Source of the DNA: Escherichia coli | GTDB lineage: Bacteria > Pseudomonadota > Gammaproteobacteria > Enterobacterales > Enterobacteriaceae | DNA length: 64,000 bases | Strand: one strand, 5' to 3' | Assembly: GCF_003334405.1 (NCBI RefSeq) | Contig: NZ_QOWM01000004.1 | Shown: piece by piece, positions 45,692 to 57,486 of the stretch | How positions within the stretch are numbered: the stretch's first letter is position 1 | Layout of the letters: every line of letters begins with the position of its first letter | Notes under the pieces: model-generated | What the model was told of the DNA's origin: nothing | The model's input: only the letters and a program-made list of their open reading frames with translations | The model's database searches: none | Position numbers and translations under genes: made by a program

Positions 45692-45739
45692 TTTTGTGAA
45701 CATCACCCCGTGCGAGGTGATGTTCCGCTTGTTGCTAAT

Positions 45740-46813
45740 TTAGTGACCAATCATTGGCGCTTGTGGAATTAAGCGTCGGTACAATTCCTCCGGCACCGGG
45801 CTTTGCCATACTCCCGCATACATTGCGTAACCAATCACCGCAAACATAATCCCCAGAACCAGTAGCGTCATTAACCAGCCAGACAACGCAAAGGCTTTTT
45901 TATTTGCCGCAGGTTTTTGCAGTGAAAAGGTCAATGTTGAGGCTACCGGACATGACTCTACGCAAGTCATACAGCCGGTACATTCCACTGTTCGTACCTG
46001 AATTAATTTATCGACCGGGATCCGTGATGGGCAATTTTTTGCGCATTTGCCACAGTCGATACAACTTTCGGCATTGCGACGAATCTTAAACGGCGACAAT
46101 AGCGAAACCACGCCCATCAGCGCGCCATATGGGCAAAGATAACGACACCAGGCATGGCGAATAAACAGGCTGGCAATCAGCAAAACGGTCACGCTGATTA
46201 ATGTCGCGGTCCCCATATGACGAAAGAAATCGAGCATTTTAACGTCCATCACCACGCTGTAGGGCGACAACATAAAATAGTGAATCGCCTGAGCGGGCAT
46301 CAATAACGCGATATAGATAAAAAAACTCAACAGCAAATACTTCACGCCGCGCAGAGGAATATCCAGCCAGCGGGGAAGGACACATTGCCGACCAAACAGT
46401 TTGTTACCGAGATCGCCGATTAATTCAGAAAGCGTACCAACCGGGCATAACCATGAGCAAAAGGCCTTTTTGAGTAATAGACTGATGACGATAAAAGCGA
46501 CCAATAACAGCATCGCGGCGGCGTGGACGGACGGTAACTGACCTGTTACAAGGCTATATTTCAGATTCATCAGCCCGGCAATCGGTAGCCAGCCTTCGAT
46601 ACCTCCCGGTCTGGCGACAAATGTCGTGCTACTTGCCGTTTCGTAATAGCGCACCCAATACCAGAACGTGATGGCAATATAAATATTCATTGCCAACAGT
46701 AATAATTGCGTCGCTTTACGCCAGGTCGTGGCATTACGCCAGTCATTCCACGGTAATTTGCCACCCGTCGTGCCTGGCCGCCGCTGCCAGCGGGTTCTTT
46801 TATTCTCTGCCAT
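45740..46813 (-). CDS. yccM: Membrane-bound 4Fe-4S ferredoxin-like protein YccM
   Basis: 357-aa ORF with two CxxCxxCxxxCP clusters and N-terminal membrane segments. Confidence 0.92.
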   Translation of the reverse strand: MAENKRTRWQRRPGTTGGKLPWNDWRNATTWRKATQLLLLAMNIYIAITFWYWVRYYETASSTTFVARPGGIEGWLPIAGLMNLKYSLVTGQLPSVHAAAMLLLVAFIVISLLLKKAFCSWLCPVGTLSELIGDLGNKLFGRQCVLPRWLDIPLRGVKYLLLSFFIYIALLMPAQAIHYFMLSPYSVVMDVKMLDFFRHMGTATLISVTVLLIASLFIRHAWCRYLCPYGALMGVVSLLSPFKIRRNAESCIDCGKCAKNCPSRIPVDKLIQVRTVECTGCMTCVESCPVASTLTFSLQKPAANKKAFALSGWLMTLLVLGIMFAVIGYAMYAGVWQSPVPEELYRRLIPQAPMIGH

Positions 46814-46884
46814 GATTTTGCCAGTCCGTTAAGTTGTATACCAAATGCCACTATTCTAGTTGTTCTTAACTGGCTGATATTGAT

Positions 46885-49629
46885 TCAAATCGCGTTCAGG
46901 TCTTTCTTATGCAACCATGCTTCCAGAGCGGCAACACTGCGTGTAATTTCTTCGTGTGGAAGGGGGGCAGATAATGGCTGCTGCTCCAGTTGTGCGCATA
47001 GCTGGCTGGCGATATGCATTCCCAGACTCGAGCAACTGCTTTTTAGCTGATGCGCGGCACGCTTTATTTTCTCGCTATCCTGACTGGCGCGGGCAATGTC
47101 GATTTCATCGAGAAGCGGCAGGGCATGTTGTGTAAATAATACCAGCCATTCGTGGATCTTCTCCGTCCCCATTAACTGAGCATCTTCATTGAGTTGCGAT
47201 ACATCCAGCGATTGATCATTATTGACTTGCAGTTGGAGATAGTGCGCCAGTAACTGACCGAGCACTTCACGCGGCACCGGTTTAGGGATAATCCCGCGGA
47301 ATAATGAACTGGTACGCTGGCGCAGCGTTTCGTCAATGACATGGGCGCTAAAGCCAATCAAAACCAGCGACGGATATTGCTGTGCCAGTTGTCGGGCAAG
47401 CGTAATGCCGTCGATATCCGGCAGATCAAAATCCACCAGTGCGGCAGCAAACGGTTCGCTATTTTGCAGTGTCTCTAAAGCCTGCGCGGCATTGCCAACA
47501 GCAACAATCTGCGCACCACTGGTTTTCAGCATCTCAATGGTAATTCGCTGGGTTAGCGGGTTATCTTCAATTAACAGCAAACGTAAACCGTCAAGACGCA
47601 CCGCCTGATTGACTGTTTTTGGCACGGGTGCCGTGGCAACACGTAACGGCAAGCGTAAACAAAAACAGCTTCCAACCTCCGGCGTGCTGGTGGCGCTCAG
47701 TTCGCCGCCCATCGCCTGGGCCAGACGGCTACTGATAGTCAGTCCCAGCCCGGTGCCGCCGCGTTTGCCGCTTACCTGCACAAATGGCTGGAAGATTTCT
47801 GCCAGTTTCGCGGGATCAATACCGCAGCCGCTGTCTTCCACTTCGACCAGCCATTGCTCGCCATCAGTGCGACTACGCAGGATAATGTACCCTTCGTCAG
47901 TAAAACGCAGGGCGTTGCTCAACAGGTTGGTTATAACCTGACGAATACGTCGTGGATCGCCCATTAACGCGCACGGCATATCATCGGCAATTGCCGTTGC
48001 CAGGCGAATCGGGCGACCTTTCACCCGTCCGCTCATTAATTGCAGGGTACTTTCCAGCAGCGGGCGCGGTTCAAAGGGCTCATCGCTGACCGAAACATTC
48101 TTGCCACCTGCTTCGATAGCGGAATAATCGAGAATATCGTTGAGGATGGTCAGCAACGATTCACCAGAGTCAGTAATTGCCCGCAAATCATCACGCTGGG
48201 CGTTAAGTGCGGGGTTATCTGCCAGCAGTTGAGCAGTGCCGAGAATACCGTACAGCGGTGTGCGGATCTCATGGCTCATCGCCGCCAGAAACGCCGATTT
48301 TGCCTGGCTGGCTTTTTCTGCTTCCGCCCGTGCCTGTCGGTGTTCTATCACCAGTTCCTGCAATTCAGCTGTACGCGCTTTGACCTGCGCCGCCAGCTGT
48401 TCGCGGTGGCGATTCAGTGCATGAACATTGCTGCGAAACGCATCCATCAGCCGCCCGATGGTATCCAGCTCCCGTACGCCAGCGGTTTCCGGGAAAGGGG
48501 AGTCAATATCACCGTCCAGCAGCCGTTGCAGCGCCTGCGTTTGTTCGGCAAGTGGACGCGTGACTGAGCGATAAACCACGCGCCAGAGGATCAGAATCAG
48601 TGCGCAAAGTGAAACCATCCCCAGCAATAACAGGCTGTATTGCCCGCGTGCACTCGCTTTTTCCAGATGCGCCAGTCCGTGCTGATTACGCAGCTCAATG
48701 GTGTCGACCAGCTGACTGACTTCGCTACTAAACTGCGCGAACTGGGCGATGTTATTTTGTGCGAGAGTTTGTAGGTGATTGCTGATTTCACTGTCCTGCT
48801 GATACAGCGCCAGCAAATCGCTATATTGGCTAACGGTAGTTAACGTTGTTGCGACCTGCGCACGAACACCCGGATCTTCAATGCGTATTTGCCGACGTTG
48901 CAGAATTTTCACCGCATTATTGAGCTGCTTTTCCAGCGTTGGTGCATTTTTCTGGATCTGCTCCAGCCCCAGATTCATCACCATTTGCTGCACCCGCAGA
49001 GCGCTAAGGCGCAGTTCATTCATCTGGTTAACATACTCAAGATCGATATCAATCAGCCGATCGAGTGCACTTTCAGCAGCCTGACGCTGATCTTGTTCGA
49101 TCAAATCGTAAATCCCGGCCTGGGTCGCTCCAGCGGAAGTTGTCGCATTATTCGCCTGACCTTGCGCCAGGCGTGCGATCTCATCGGCGGCAGCGACTAT
49201 CTGCTGACTGAGTTGCTGTTGTTGCTGGCGCAGTTGCAAACGCTGCCCCACCAGTTCCCCTTGCTGACGTAACGAACGGGAGATCTCCTGCTCCTGTTGT
49301 TCAATAGCGGTGGTATCAAAACCTTGTTCCCGTAACGCTTGCAGCAACGCATTAATCTTCAGGCTTTGTGCGGTGAGCATTCGCCCCTGCGCCTGCCACA
49401 TCTTTTCGTTATCGGCACTGGTCAGGTTCTGCGCGGCGAAAAGTTCCCAGGCGCTGGCTTCGCTCAACTGGCGCGCCATATTCATGGTAGGAATCAATGC
49501 CTGAGTGTTGTCTTTTTCCACCTGGCTGATAAAGCGCAGGTTGTACCATCCCACCAGGGTACTGGTCAGGGTTAACAGCGCCATCAGGGCAAAGCCCATC
49601 CAGAGTCTTCGGGTCAGGGTTAAATTCAC
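46885..49629 (-). CDS. torS: TMAO sensor hybrid histidine kinase TorS
   Basis: 914-aa ORF; H-box (MSHEIRTPL), receiver and C-terminal Hpt domains. Confidence 0.95.
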   Translation of the reverse strand: MNLTLTRRLWMGFALMALLTLTSTLVGWYNLRFISQVEKDNTQALIPTMNMARQLSEASAWELFAAQNLTSADNEKMWQAQGRMLTAQSLKINALLQALREQGFDTTAIEQQEQEISRSLRQQGELVGQRLQLRQQQQQLSQQIVAAADEIARLAQGQANNATTSAGATQAGIYDLIEQDQRQAAESALDRLIDIDLEYVNQMNELRLSALRVQQMVMNLGLEQIQKNAPTLEKQLNNAVKILQRRQIRIEDPGVRAQVATTLTTVSQYSDLLALYQQDSEISNHLQTLAQNNIAQFAQFSSEVSQLVDTIELRNQHGLAHLEKASARGQYSLLLLGMVSLCALILILWRVVYRSVTRPLAEQTQALQRLLDGDIDSPFPETAGVRELDTIGRLMDAFRSNVHALNRHREQLAAQVKARTAELQELVIEHRQARAEAEKASQAKSAFLAAMSHEIRTPLYGILGTAQLLADNPALNAQRDDLRAITDSGESLLTILNDILDYSAIEAGGKNVSVSDEPFEPRPLLESTLQLMSGRVKGRPIRLATAIADDMPCALMGDPRRIRQVITNLLSNALRFTDEGYIILRSRTDGEQWLVEVEDSGCGIDPAKLAEIFQPFVQVSGKRGGTGLGLTISSRLAQAMGGELSATSTPEVGSCFCLRLPLRVATAPVPKTVNQAVRLDGLRLLLIEDNPLTQRITIEMLKTSGAQIVAVGNAAQALETLQNSEPFAAALVDFDLPDIDGITLARQLAQQYPSLVLIGFSAHVIDETLRQRTSSLFRGIIPKPVPREVLGQLLAHYLQLQVNNDQSLDVSQLNEDAQLMGTEKIHEWLVLFTQHALPLLDEIDIARASQDSEKIKRAAHQLKSSCSSLGMHIASQLCAQLEQQPLSAPLPHEEITRSVAALEAWLHKKDLNAI

Positions 49630-49711
49630 GGTCGGTGCACTTTAGGTGAAAAAGGTTGAGTCGCAAAGCGGAATGCATCTAGCATAAAGCCTTATTATTG
49701 ATGAGGCTATC

Positions 49712-50740
49712 ATGCGCGTACTGCTATTTTTACTTCTTTCCCTTTTCATGTTGCCGGCATTTTCGGCTGATAACCTGTTGCGCTGGCATGATGCGCAGCA
49801 TTTCACGGTGCAAGCCTCTACGCCGCTTAAAGCCAAACGCGCATGGAAACTGTGCGCGCTTTATCCCAGCCTGAAAGATTCATATTGGTTATCGTTGAAC
49901 TATGGTATGCAGGAGGCTGCTCGCCGCTACGGTGTGGATTTAAAAGTGCTGGAGGCAGGCGGCTACAGCCAGTTGGCTACCCAGCAAGCACAAATCGACC
50001 AGTGTAAACAGTGGGGCGCAGAGGCCATTTTGCTCGGTAGTAGCACGACCTCATTTCCCGACCTGCAAAAGCAGGTAGCAAGTCTGCCGGTGATCGAACT
50101 GGTAAATGCTATTGATGCTCCCCAGGTGAAAAGCCGCGTTGGTGTGCCCTGGTTTCAGATGGGCTATCAACCGGGGCGATATCTGGTGCAATGGGCGCAC
50201 GGTAAACCACTGAATGTGCTGTTGATGCCCGGACCCGATAACGCCGGGGGCAGTAAGGAGATGGTCGAGGGTTTTCGCGCAGCCATTGCCGGAAGCCCGG
50301 TGCGTATTGTTGATATTGCGCTTGGTGATAACGATATTGAAATCCAGCGTAACCTGTTGCAGGAGATGCTGGAACGCCATCCAGAAATCGACGTCGTTGC
50401 CGGAACGGCCATTGCGGCAGAGGCGGCAATGGGGGAAGGGCGTAACCTGAAAACGCCGCTTACCGTGGTGTCGTTTTATCTTTCACATCAGGTGTATCGC
50501 GGGCTGAAGCGGGGAAGAGTGATTATGGCTGCCAGCGATCAAATGGTCTGGCAGGGGGAACTGGCGGTTGAGCAGGCCATCAGGCAATTACAGGGGCAAT
50601 CGGTTTCTGATAATGTCAGCCCACCGATTTTAGTTCTGACGCCGAAAAATGCCGACCGTGAACATATTCGCCGCTCGCTGTCACCAGGGGGATTTCGTCC
50701 GGTCTATTTTTATCAGCACACATCAGCGGCTAAGAAATAA
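49712..50740 (+). CDS. torT: Periplasmic TMAO-binding protein TorT
   Basis: 342-aa ORF with signal peptide. Confidence 0.94.
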   Translation: MRVLLFLLLSLFMLPAFSADNLLRWHDAQHFTVQASTPLKAKRAWKLCALYPSLKDSYWLSLNYGMQEAARRYGVDLKVLEAGGYSQLATQQAQIDQCKQWGAEAILLGSSTTSFPDLQKQVASLPVIELVNAIDAPQVKSRVGVPWFQMGYQPGRYLVQWAHGKPLNVLLMPGPDNAGGSKEMVEGFRAAIAGSPVRIVDIALGDNDIEIQRNLLQEMLERHPEIDVVAGTAIAAEAAMGEGRNLKTPLTVVSFYLSHQVYRGLKRGRVIMAASDQMVWQGELAVEQAIRQLQGQSVSDNVSPPILVLTPKNADREHIRRSLSPGGFRPVYFYQHTSAAKK

Positions 50741-51405
50741 CCTTCACCATGTTGCGTCACCAGTAAATCCGCGCTGAGTTTATGACGTAAACGACGAATT
50801 AACACATCGACGGTGCGCAGGTCAGGGTTTTCCACCCGACGCGCAGAAAGCATACGTAGCAGACGTTCACGGCTGAGAATTTCGCCCGGATTCGTCACAA
50901 ATGCCACCAACATTTCATACTCTGCGCGGGTCAGTTTAATCGGCTCGCCATCCCGCTCCAGCGTATGGCGCGACACATTCAGGCAATAACCGGCAAAGCG
51001 ATAGCAGTTGTCCTGAGTGTGCGGTTGAGCTTGTCGCGCGAGGTCGATTCGCCAGAGCAGATTTTTCACCCGTACTACCAGTTCGCGCAGTTCCAGCGGT
51101 TTGGTGACGTAATCGTCTGCGCCCATTTCCAGCCCAACAATACGGTCAATCCGATCGCTGCGTCCGGTAACCAGAATAATCCCCACCGTTGAGCGTTCTC
51201 GCAGGGCGCGGGTTAACATCAGGCCATTTTCATCGGGTAAGTTGATATCCAGCAGAATTAAATCTACCGACTGATTCTGCATAATTTCCCGTAGCCCGGC
51301 ACCGCTCGCCGTAACGGAAACGGTATACCCCTCCTGAGTGAAGTAGGATTGTAATCGCGCCTGGGTAACCGGCTCATCTTCAACAATAACAATGTGATGT
51401 GGCAT
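50713..51405 (-). CDS. torR: Response regulator TorR (OmpR family)
   Basis: 230-aa ORF MPHHIVIVEDEPVTQARL...; 28-nt convergent overlap with torT. Confidence 0.95.
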   Translation of the reverse strand: MPHHIVIVEDEPVTQARLQSYFTQEGYTVSVTASGAGLREIMQNQSVDLILLDINLPDENGLMLTRALRERSTVGIILVTGRSDRIDRIVGLEMGADDYVTKPLELRELVVRVKNLLWRIDLARQAQPHTQDNCYRFAGYCLNVSRHTLERDGEPIKLTRAEYEMLVAFVTNPGEILSRERLLRMLSARRVENPDLRTVDVLIRRLRHKLSADLLVTQHGEGYFLAADVC

Positions 51406-51423
51406 CAGAGGGTTTTACTCATT

Positions 51424-51486
51424 CTGTTCATATCTGTTCATATTCTGCCGTAAGCCGTTCATCCTGACCAGTGCCGCTGTTCATAT
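51424..51486 (+). promoter_or_regulatory. Tor boxes: four direct decamer repeats (three CTGTTCATAT, one CCGTTCATCC), TorR binding sites of the torCAD promoter
   Basis: Decamers read at 51424-33, 51434-43, 51455-64 and 51477-86. Confidence 0.85.
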
Positions 51487-51534
51487 TTGCTCATTAAGAT
51501 CGCTTCACTAAACCATAATTCTACAGGGGTTATT

Positions 51535-52707
51535 ATGCGGAAACTCTGGAACGCGCTACGCCGACCCAGTGCTCGTTGGTCGGTACTGGCGCTGGTCGCA
51601 ATTGGGATTGTGATTGGCATTGCGCTGATTGTATTGCCACACGTTGGGATCAAAGTCACCAGCACAACCGAATTTTGTGTCAGTTGCCACAGTATGCAAC
51701 CGGTGTATGAAGAATATAAACAGTCGGTGCATTTCCAGAACGCCTCCGGCGTGCGAGCTGAATGCCATGACTGTCATATCCCGCCGGATATTCCAGGCAT
51801 GGTGAAGCGCAAACTGGAAGCGAGCAATGATATCTACCAGACCTTTATTGCTCACTCCATTGATACACCTGAAAAATTCGAAGCCAAACGCGCGGAACTT
51901 GCCGAGCGTGAATGGGCGCGAATGAAAGAAAACAACTCGGCAACCTGCCGCTCCTGCCATAACTACGATGCGATGGATCATGCGAAGCAGCATCCTGAAG
52001 CAGCACGTCAGATGAAGGTGGCAGCGAAAGATAATCAATCCTGCATCGACTGTCATAAAGGTATTGCCCACCAGTTACCGGATATGAGTAGCGGCTTCCG
52101 TAAGCAGTTCGATGAGCTGCGCGCCAGTGCTAATGACAGTGGTGACACGCTGTACTCTATTGATATTAAGCCAATTTATGCGGCGAAAGGCGATAAAGAA
52201 GCCTCTGGTTCTCTGCTGCCTGCTTCGGAAGTGAAAGTCCTTAAACGTGACGGCGACTGGCTGCAAATTGAAATTACCGGCTGGACGGAAAGCGCCGGAC
52301 GTCAGCGTGTACTCACCCAATTCCCAGGTAAACGCATCTTTGTTGCCTCGATTCGTGGTGATGTGCAGCAGCAGGTAAAAACGCTGGAGAAAACCACCGT
52401 TGCCGACACCAATACCGAGTGGAGCAAGTTGCAGGCCACTGCGTGGATGAAGAAAGGCGACATGGTGAACGATATCAAACCGATCTGGGCTTATGCGGAT
52501 TCGTTGTACAACGGCACCTGTAACCAGTGCCACGGCGCACCGGAAATCGCCCACTTTGACGCTAACGGTTGGATCGGCACGCTCAACGGCATGATTGGCT
52601 TTACCAGTCTCGATAAACGTGAAGAACGCACCTTGTTGAAATATCTGCAAATGAATGCGTCTGACACCGCAGGTAAGGCTCACGGCGATAAGAAGGAAGA
52701 AAAATAA
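51535..52707 (+). CDS. torC: Pentahaem c-type cytochrome TorC
   Basis: ORF 51487..52707 trimmed to MRKLWNALRRPSARW (390 aa); five CxxCH motifs. Confidence 0.94.
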   Translation: MRKLWNALRRPSARWSVLALVAIGIVIGIALIVLPHVGIKVTSTTEFCVSCHSMQPVYEEYKQSVHFQNASGVRAECHDCHIPPDIPGMVKRKLEASNDIYQTFIAHSIDTPEKFEAKRAELAEREWARMKENNSATCRSCHNYDAMDHAKQHPEAARQMKVAAKDNQSCIDCHKGIAHQLPDMSSGFRKQFDELRASANDSGDTLYSIDIKPIYAAKGDKEASGSLLPASEVKVLKRDGDWLQIEITGWTESAGRQRVLTQFPGKRIFVASIRGDVQQQVKTLEKTTVADTNTEWSKLQATAWMKKGDMVNDIKPIWAYADSLYNGTCNQCHGAPEIAHFDANGWIGTLNGMIGFTSLDKREERTLLKYLQMNASDTAGKAHGDKKEEK

Positions 52708-55253
52708 TGAACAATAACGATCTCTTTCAGGCATCACGTCGGCGTTTTCTGGCACAACTCGGCGGCTTAACCGTCGCCGGGATGCTGGGGCCGTCATTGT
52801 TAACGCCGCGACGTGCGACTGCGGCGCAAGCGGCGACTGACGCTGTCATCTCGAAAGAGGGCATTCTTACCGGGTCGCACTGGGGGGCTATCCGCGCGAC
52901 GGTGAAGGATGGTCGCTTTGTGGCGGCAAAACCGTTCGAACTGGATAAATATCCGTCGAAAATGATTGCCGGATTGCCGGATCACGTACACAACGCGGCG
53001 CGTATTCGTTATCCGATGGTACGCGTGGACTGGCTGCGTAAGCGCCATCTCAGCGATACCTCCCAGCGCGGTGATAACCGTTTTGTGCGCGTGAGCTGGG
53101 ATGAAGCCCTCGACATGTTCTATGAAGAACTGGAACGCGTGCAGAAAACTCACGGGCCGAGTGCCTTGCTGACCGCCAGTGGTTGGCAATCGACGGGGAT
53201 GTTCCATAACGCTTCGGGGATGCTGGCGAAAGCTATTGCCTTGCATGGTAATAGCGTTGGTACGGGCGGAGATTACTCTACCGGTGCTGCGCAGGTGATC
53301 CTGCCGCGCGTAGTCGGTTCGATGGAAGTGTATGAACAGCAAACCTCCTGGCCGCTGGTATTGCAGAACAGCAAAACCATTGTGCTGTGGGGCTCCGATT
53401 TGCTGAAAAACCAGCAAGCGAACTGGTGGTGCCCGGATCACGATGTTTATGAATATTACGCGCAGCTAAAAGCGAAAGTCGCCGCCGGTGAAATTGAGGT
53501 CATCAGCATCGATCCGGTTGTCACATCCACCCATGAGTATCTGGGGCGCGAGCATGTGAAGCACATTGCGGTTAACCCGCAAACTGACGTGCCGCTGCAA
53601 CTGGCGCTGGCACATACGCTGTACAGTGAAAACCTGTACGACAAAAACTTCCTTGCTAACTACTGTGTGGGTTTTGAGCAGTTCCTGCCGTATCTGCTGG
53701 GTGAGAAAGACGGTCAGCCGAAAGATGCCGCATGGGCTGAAAAACTGACCGGCATTGATGCCGAAACCATTCGTGGGCTGGCGCGGCAGATGGCGGCGAA
53801 CAGAACGCAAATTATTGCTGGCTGGTGCGTGCAGCGTATGCAGCACGGTGAACAGTGGGCGTGGATGATTGTGGTTCTGGCGGCGATGCTGGGGCAAATT
53901 GGCCTGCCAGGTGGTGGTTTTGGTTTTGGCTGGCACTACAACGGCGCAGGCACGCCGGGGCGTAAAGGCGTTATTCTGAGTGGTTTCTCCGGCTCTACGT
54001 CGATTCCGCCTGTTCACGACAACAGTGACTACAAAGGCTACAGCAGCACTATTCCGATTGCCCGTTTTATCGATGCGATCCTCGAACCGGGGAAAGTGAT
54101 CAACTGGAACGGTAAATCGGTAAAACTGCCGCCGCTGAAAATGTGTATTTTTGCCGGAACTAACCCATTCCATCGCCATCAGCAGATCAACCGCATTATT
54201 GAAGGCTTGCGCAAGCTGGAAACGGTTATCGCCATAGATAACCAGTGGACCTCAACCTGCCGCTTTGCCGATATCGTACTGCCTGCGACCACGCAGTTTG
54301 AGCGTAACGATCTCGACCAGTACGGCAATCACTCCAACCGTGGCATTATCGCCATGAAACAGGTGGTGCCGCCGCAGTTCGAGGCGCGCAACGACTTCGA
54401 TATTTTCCGCGAGCTGTGCCGTCGCTTTAATCGCGAAGAAGCCTTTACCGAAGGGCTGGACGAAATGGGCTGGCTGAAACGCATCTGGCAGGAAGGTGTA
54501 CAGCAAGGCAAAGGACGCGGCGTTCATCTGCCAGCGTTTGATGACTTCTGGAATAACAAAGAGTACGTCGAGTTTGACCATCCGCAGATGTTTGTTCGCC
54601 ACCAGGCATTCCGCGAAGATCCGGATCTCGAACCGCTGGGCACGCCGAGTGGCCTGATTGAGATCTACTCGAAAACTATCGCCGATATGAACTACGACGA
54701 TTGTCAGGGGCATCCGATGTGGTTTGAGAAAATCGAACGCTCCCACGGTGGGCCTGGCTCGCAAAAGTATCCGTTGCATCTGCAATCTGTGCATCCGGAT
54801 TTCCGACTTCACTCGCAGTTATGTGAGTCGGAAACGCTGCGTCAGCAATATACGGTAGCGGGTAAAGAGCCAGTATTCATTAACCCGCAGGATGCCAGCG
54901 CGCGCGGTATTCGTAACGGTGATGTGGTACGCGTCTTTAACGCTCGCGGTCAGGTGTTGGCAGGGGCAGTGGTTTCTGACCGCTATGCACCCGGCGTGGC
55001 ACGAATTCACGAAGGGGCATGGTACGATCCAGATAAAGGCGGCGAGCCTGGTGCGCTGTGCAAATACGGTAACCCCAACGTGTTGACCATCGACATCGGT
55101 ACATCGCAGCTGGCGCAGGCGACCAGTGCGCACACTACGCTGGTGGAAATTGAGAAGTACAACGGAACAGTGGAGCAGGTGACGGCGTTTAACGGCCCCG
55201 TGGAGATGGTGGCGCAGTGCGAATATGTTCCCGCGTCGCAGGTGAAATCATGA
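52707..55253 (+). CDS. torA: TMAO reductase TorA (molybdoenzyme)
   Basis: 848-aa ORF with Tat signal [11 protein letters not shown]. Confidence 0.96.
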
Positions 55254-55849
55254 CCACGCTGACAGCACAACAGATTGCCTGTGTTTACGCCTGGCTAGCG
55301 CAGTTGTTCTCCCGTGAGCTGGACGATGAACAACTGACGCAAATCGCCAGTGCGCAGATGGCTGAATGGTTTTCGTTGCTGAAAAGCGAACCGCCGCTCA
55401 CTGCGGCGGTGAACGAGCTGGAAAACCGTATTGCCACGCTGACAGTACGTGACGATGCCCGTCTGGAACTGGCCGCGGACTTTTGCGGCCTGTTTCTGAT
55501 GACCGACAAACAAGCGGCGCTGCCGTATGCATCGGCCTACAAACAGGACGAGCAAGAGATTAAACGCTTGTTAGTTGAGGCAGGGATGGAAACCAGCGGC
55601 AATTTCAACGAACCGGCAGATCATCTGGCGATCTATCTCGAATTGCTCAGCCATCTGCATTTTTCGCTGGGAGAGGGGACCGTTCCTGCGCGAAGAATCG
55701 ACAGTTTGCGGCAAAAAACACTGACGGCGCTGTGGCAATGGTTACCAGAGTTTGTTGCGCGTTGTCGTCAGTATGACAGCTTTGGTTTTTACGCGGCACT
55801 AAGCCAGTTATTGCTGGTGTTAGTGGAGTGCGACCACCAAAACAGATAA
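55250..55849 (+). CDS. torD: TorA-specific chaperone TorD
   Basis: ORF 55217..55849 trimmed to [18 protein letters not shown] (199 aa); ATGA overlap with torA. Confidence 0.93.
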
Positions 55850-55857
55850 CGTCGTTT

Positions 55858-55992
55858 GTGCGCCTGAAAAGACGCGTTTAGCGTCGCATCAGGCATTATG
55901 GCGCAGTTGCCGGATGCGGCGTGAACGTCTTATCCGGCCCACAGGAACTGTAATCTTTGTAGACCGGTTAAGATGCGTCATCGCATCCGGCA
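55858..55992. repeat. BIME/REP cluster (three REP-like palindromes)
   Basis: GCCTGAAAAGACGCG...CGCATCAGGC, GCCGGATGCGGCGTGAACGTCTTATCCGGCC and GATGCGTCATCGCATCCGGC. Confidence 0.65.
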
Positions 55993-56000
55993 AACACACA

Positions 56001-56306
56001 TCACGGATGAGCTACAAACCGGGAAAGCCGCTGGCGCAGCAGGCGGTTTTCCTGCTTCAGGTGCGCAATATCATCCATTAACGTCAGCGCCACCGCGATC
56101 CCCGGCCAGTCCAGAGCCAGTTCATGACGCAGGCGTACCGCGCGTTGCACCACAATGGCGGCATGGTCGTCAAATACCCAGGTTGTTTCCTGGATCTCAC
56201 GCGGTTCAACCACCCCCAAACCGACAATTTCATTCAACTCCTCTTCAGAGATGCCGGTATGCAGGCAAAATTCGGTAATAGTAAAAGTCACCGTAACATT
56301 AGCCAT
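56001..56306 (-). CDS. cbpM: CbpA modulator CbpM
   Basis: ORF 56001..56321 trimmed to [18 protein letters not shown] (101 aa). Confidence 0.92.
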
Positions 56307-57226
56307 TATGCTTTCCCCCAATCTTTACGTGGATCAAAAGACGACTGGGCGTCTGCCAGTTGCTGCCACAGCGCGGCAGTGTTTTCATCCGGTTTCGGCG
56401 GCATCACGATTTTCAGTACCGCATACAGATCGCCGGTCTGTTTTTTGCTCACCAGACCTTTGCCTTTAACGCGCAATCGTTGCCCGGCCTGGCTGCCTGG
56501 CGGGATAGTCAGCAAAATGCTTTCTTTCAGTGTTGGAACGGTGACTTTAGCACCCAGCGCCGCTTCCCACGGGCTAACCGGCACCACAATTTCCAGATCC
56601 TGGCCGACAATATCAAACAGCGGATGTGGCGCAATATGAATCACCAGCCACAAATCGCCATTTGGACCGCCGTTTTCGCCCGGCGTCCCCTGGCCTTTCA
56701 GACGGATGCGTTGACCATTGCCGACGCCCGCCGGGATCTTCACATTCAGCGTTTTCGGAATTTCCTGTTCGATCATGCCAAAGGCGTTATAAACCGGCAG
56801 GTTATAGCTGATGGTACGCTTATGCTCAGTAAGCGTTTCTTCGAGGAATACCGCCACTTCGATTTCAATATCGTGGCCGCGTGTGGCGGGGCGTTGACGG
56901 CTCTGGCGGGCATGCTGACCGAAAATTGACGAGAAGATATCGTCAAAATCTTCGGCGTTAAAACTCTGACCGTCGCCATGGTGGAACTGACGGTTAAATT
57001 GCGGATCGTTGCGATGTTGCCACATCTGATCATACTCAGCGCGACGTTGTTCATCACTTAACACTTCCCAGGCTTCAGCGACCTCTTTGAAGCGGGCTTC
57101 GGCATCCGGTTCTTTGCTGACATCAGGATGGTATTTGCGGGCAAGTCGACGATAGGCGGTCTTGATTGTCTTGAGATCGTCCGTCGGTTTCACGCCCATG
57201 ATGGCGTAATAATCCTTTAATTCCAT
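56306..57226 (-). CDS. cbpA: Curved-DNA-binding DnaJ homologue CbpA
   Basis: 306-aa [38 protein letters not shown] (J-domain with HPD). Confidence 0.95.
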
Positions 57227-57486
57227 AGCGTTATCTCGCGTAAATCAACACAAATTGAAGGAACCCCTGTAAGGTAACTCCTATAAGTGTAGGGTAATCC
57301 TCAAAATTTCATATGCCAACACAGAATATGTTATTGAAATCATCGCGGAGAGGAGGTCGCCATCAAGATGGGTTGCTGAACATATTTTAAACAGGTGAAA
57401 AAGGGTGAGCGATTTTTGATAGTTGAACCAGGCACTTTAAGTTTAACTAGGGCGTCATTATTTATTAAATTTTATAGACGCTATAT

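Noticed and set aside
53466-54179. Long antisense ORFs inside torA (also 52800..53441 and 54252..54812) and similar shadows inside rlmL, uup, torS, etk, gfcD and hyaAB
   Set aside because: They lie fully within well-supported genes on the opposite strand, encode Arg/low-complexity-rich products and are typical of GC-rich antisense frames.
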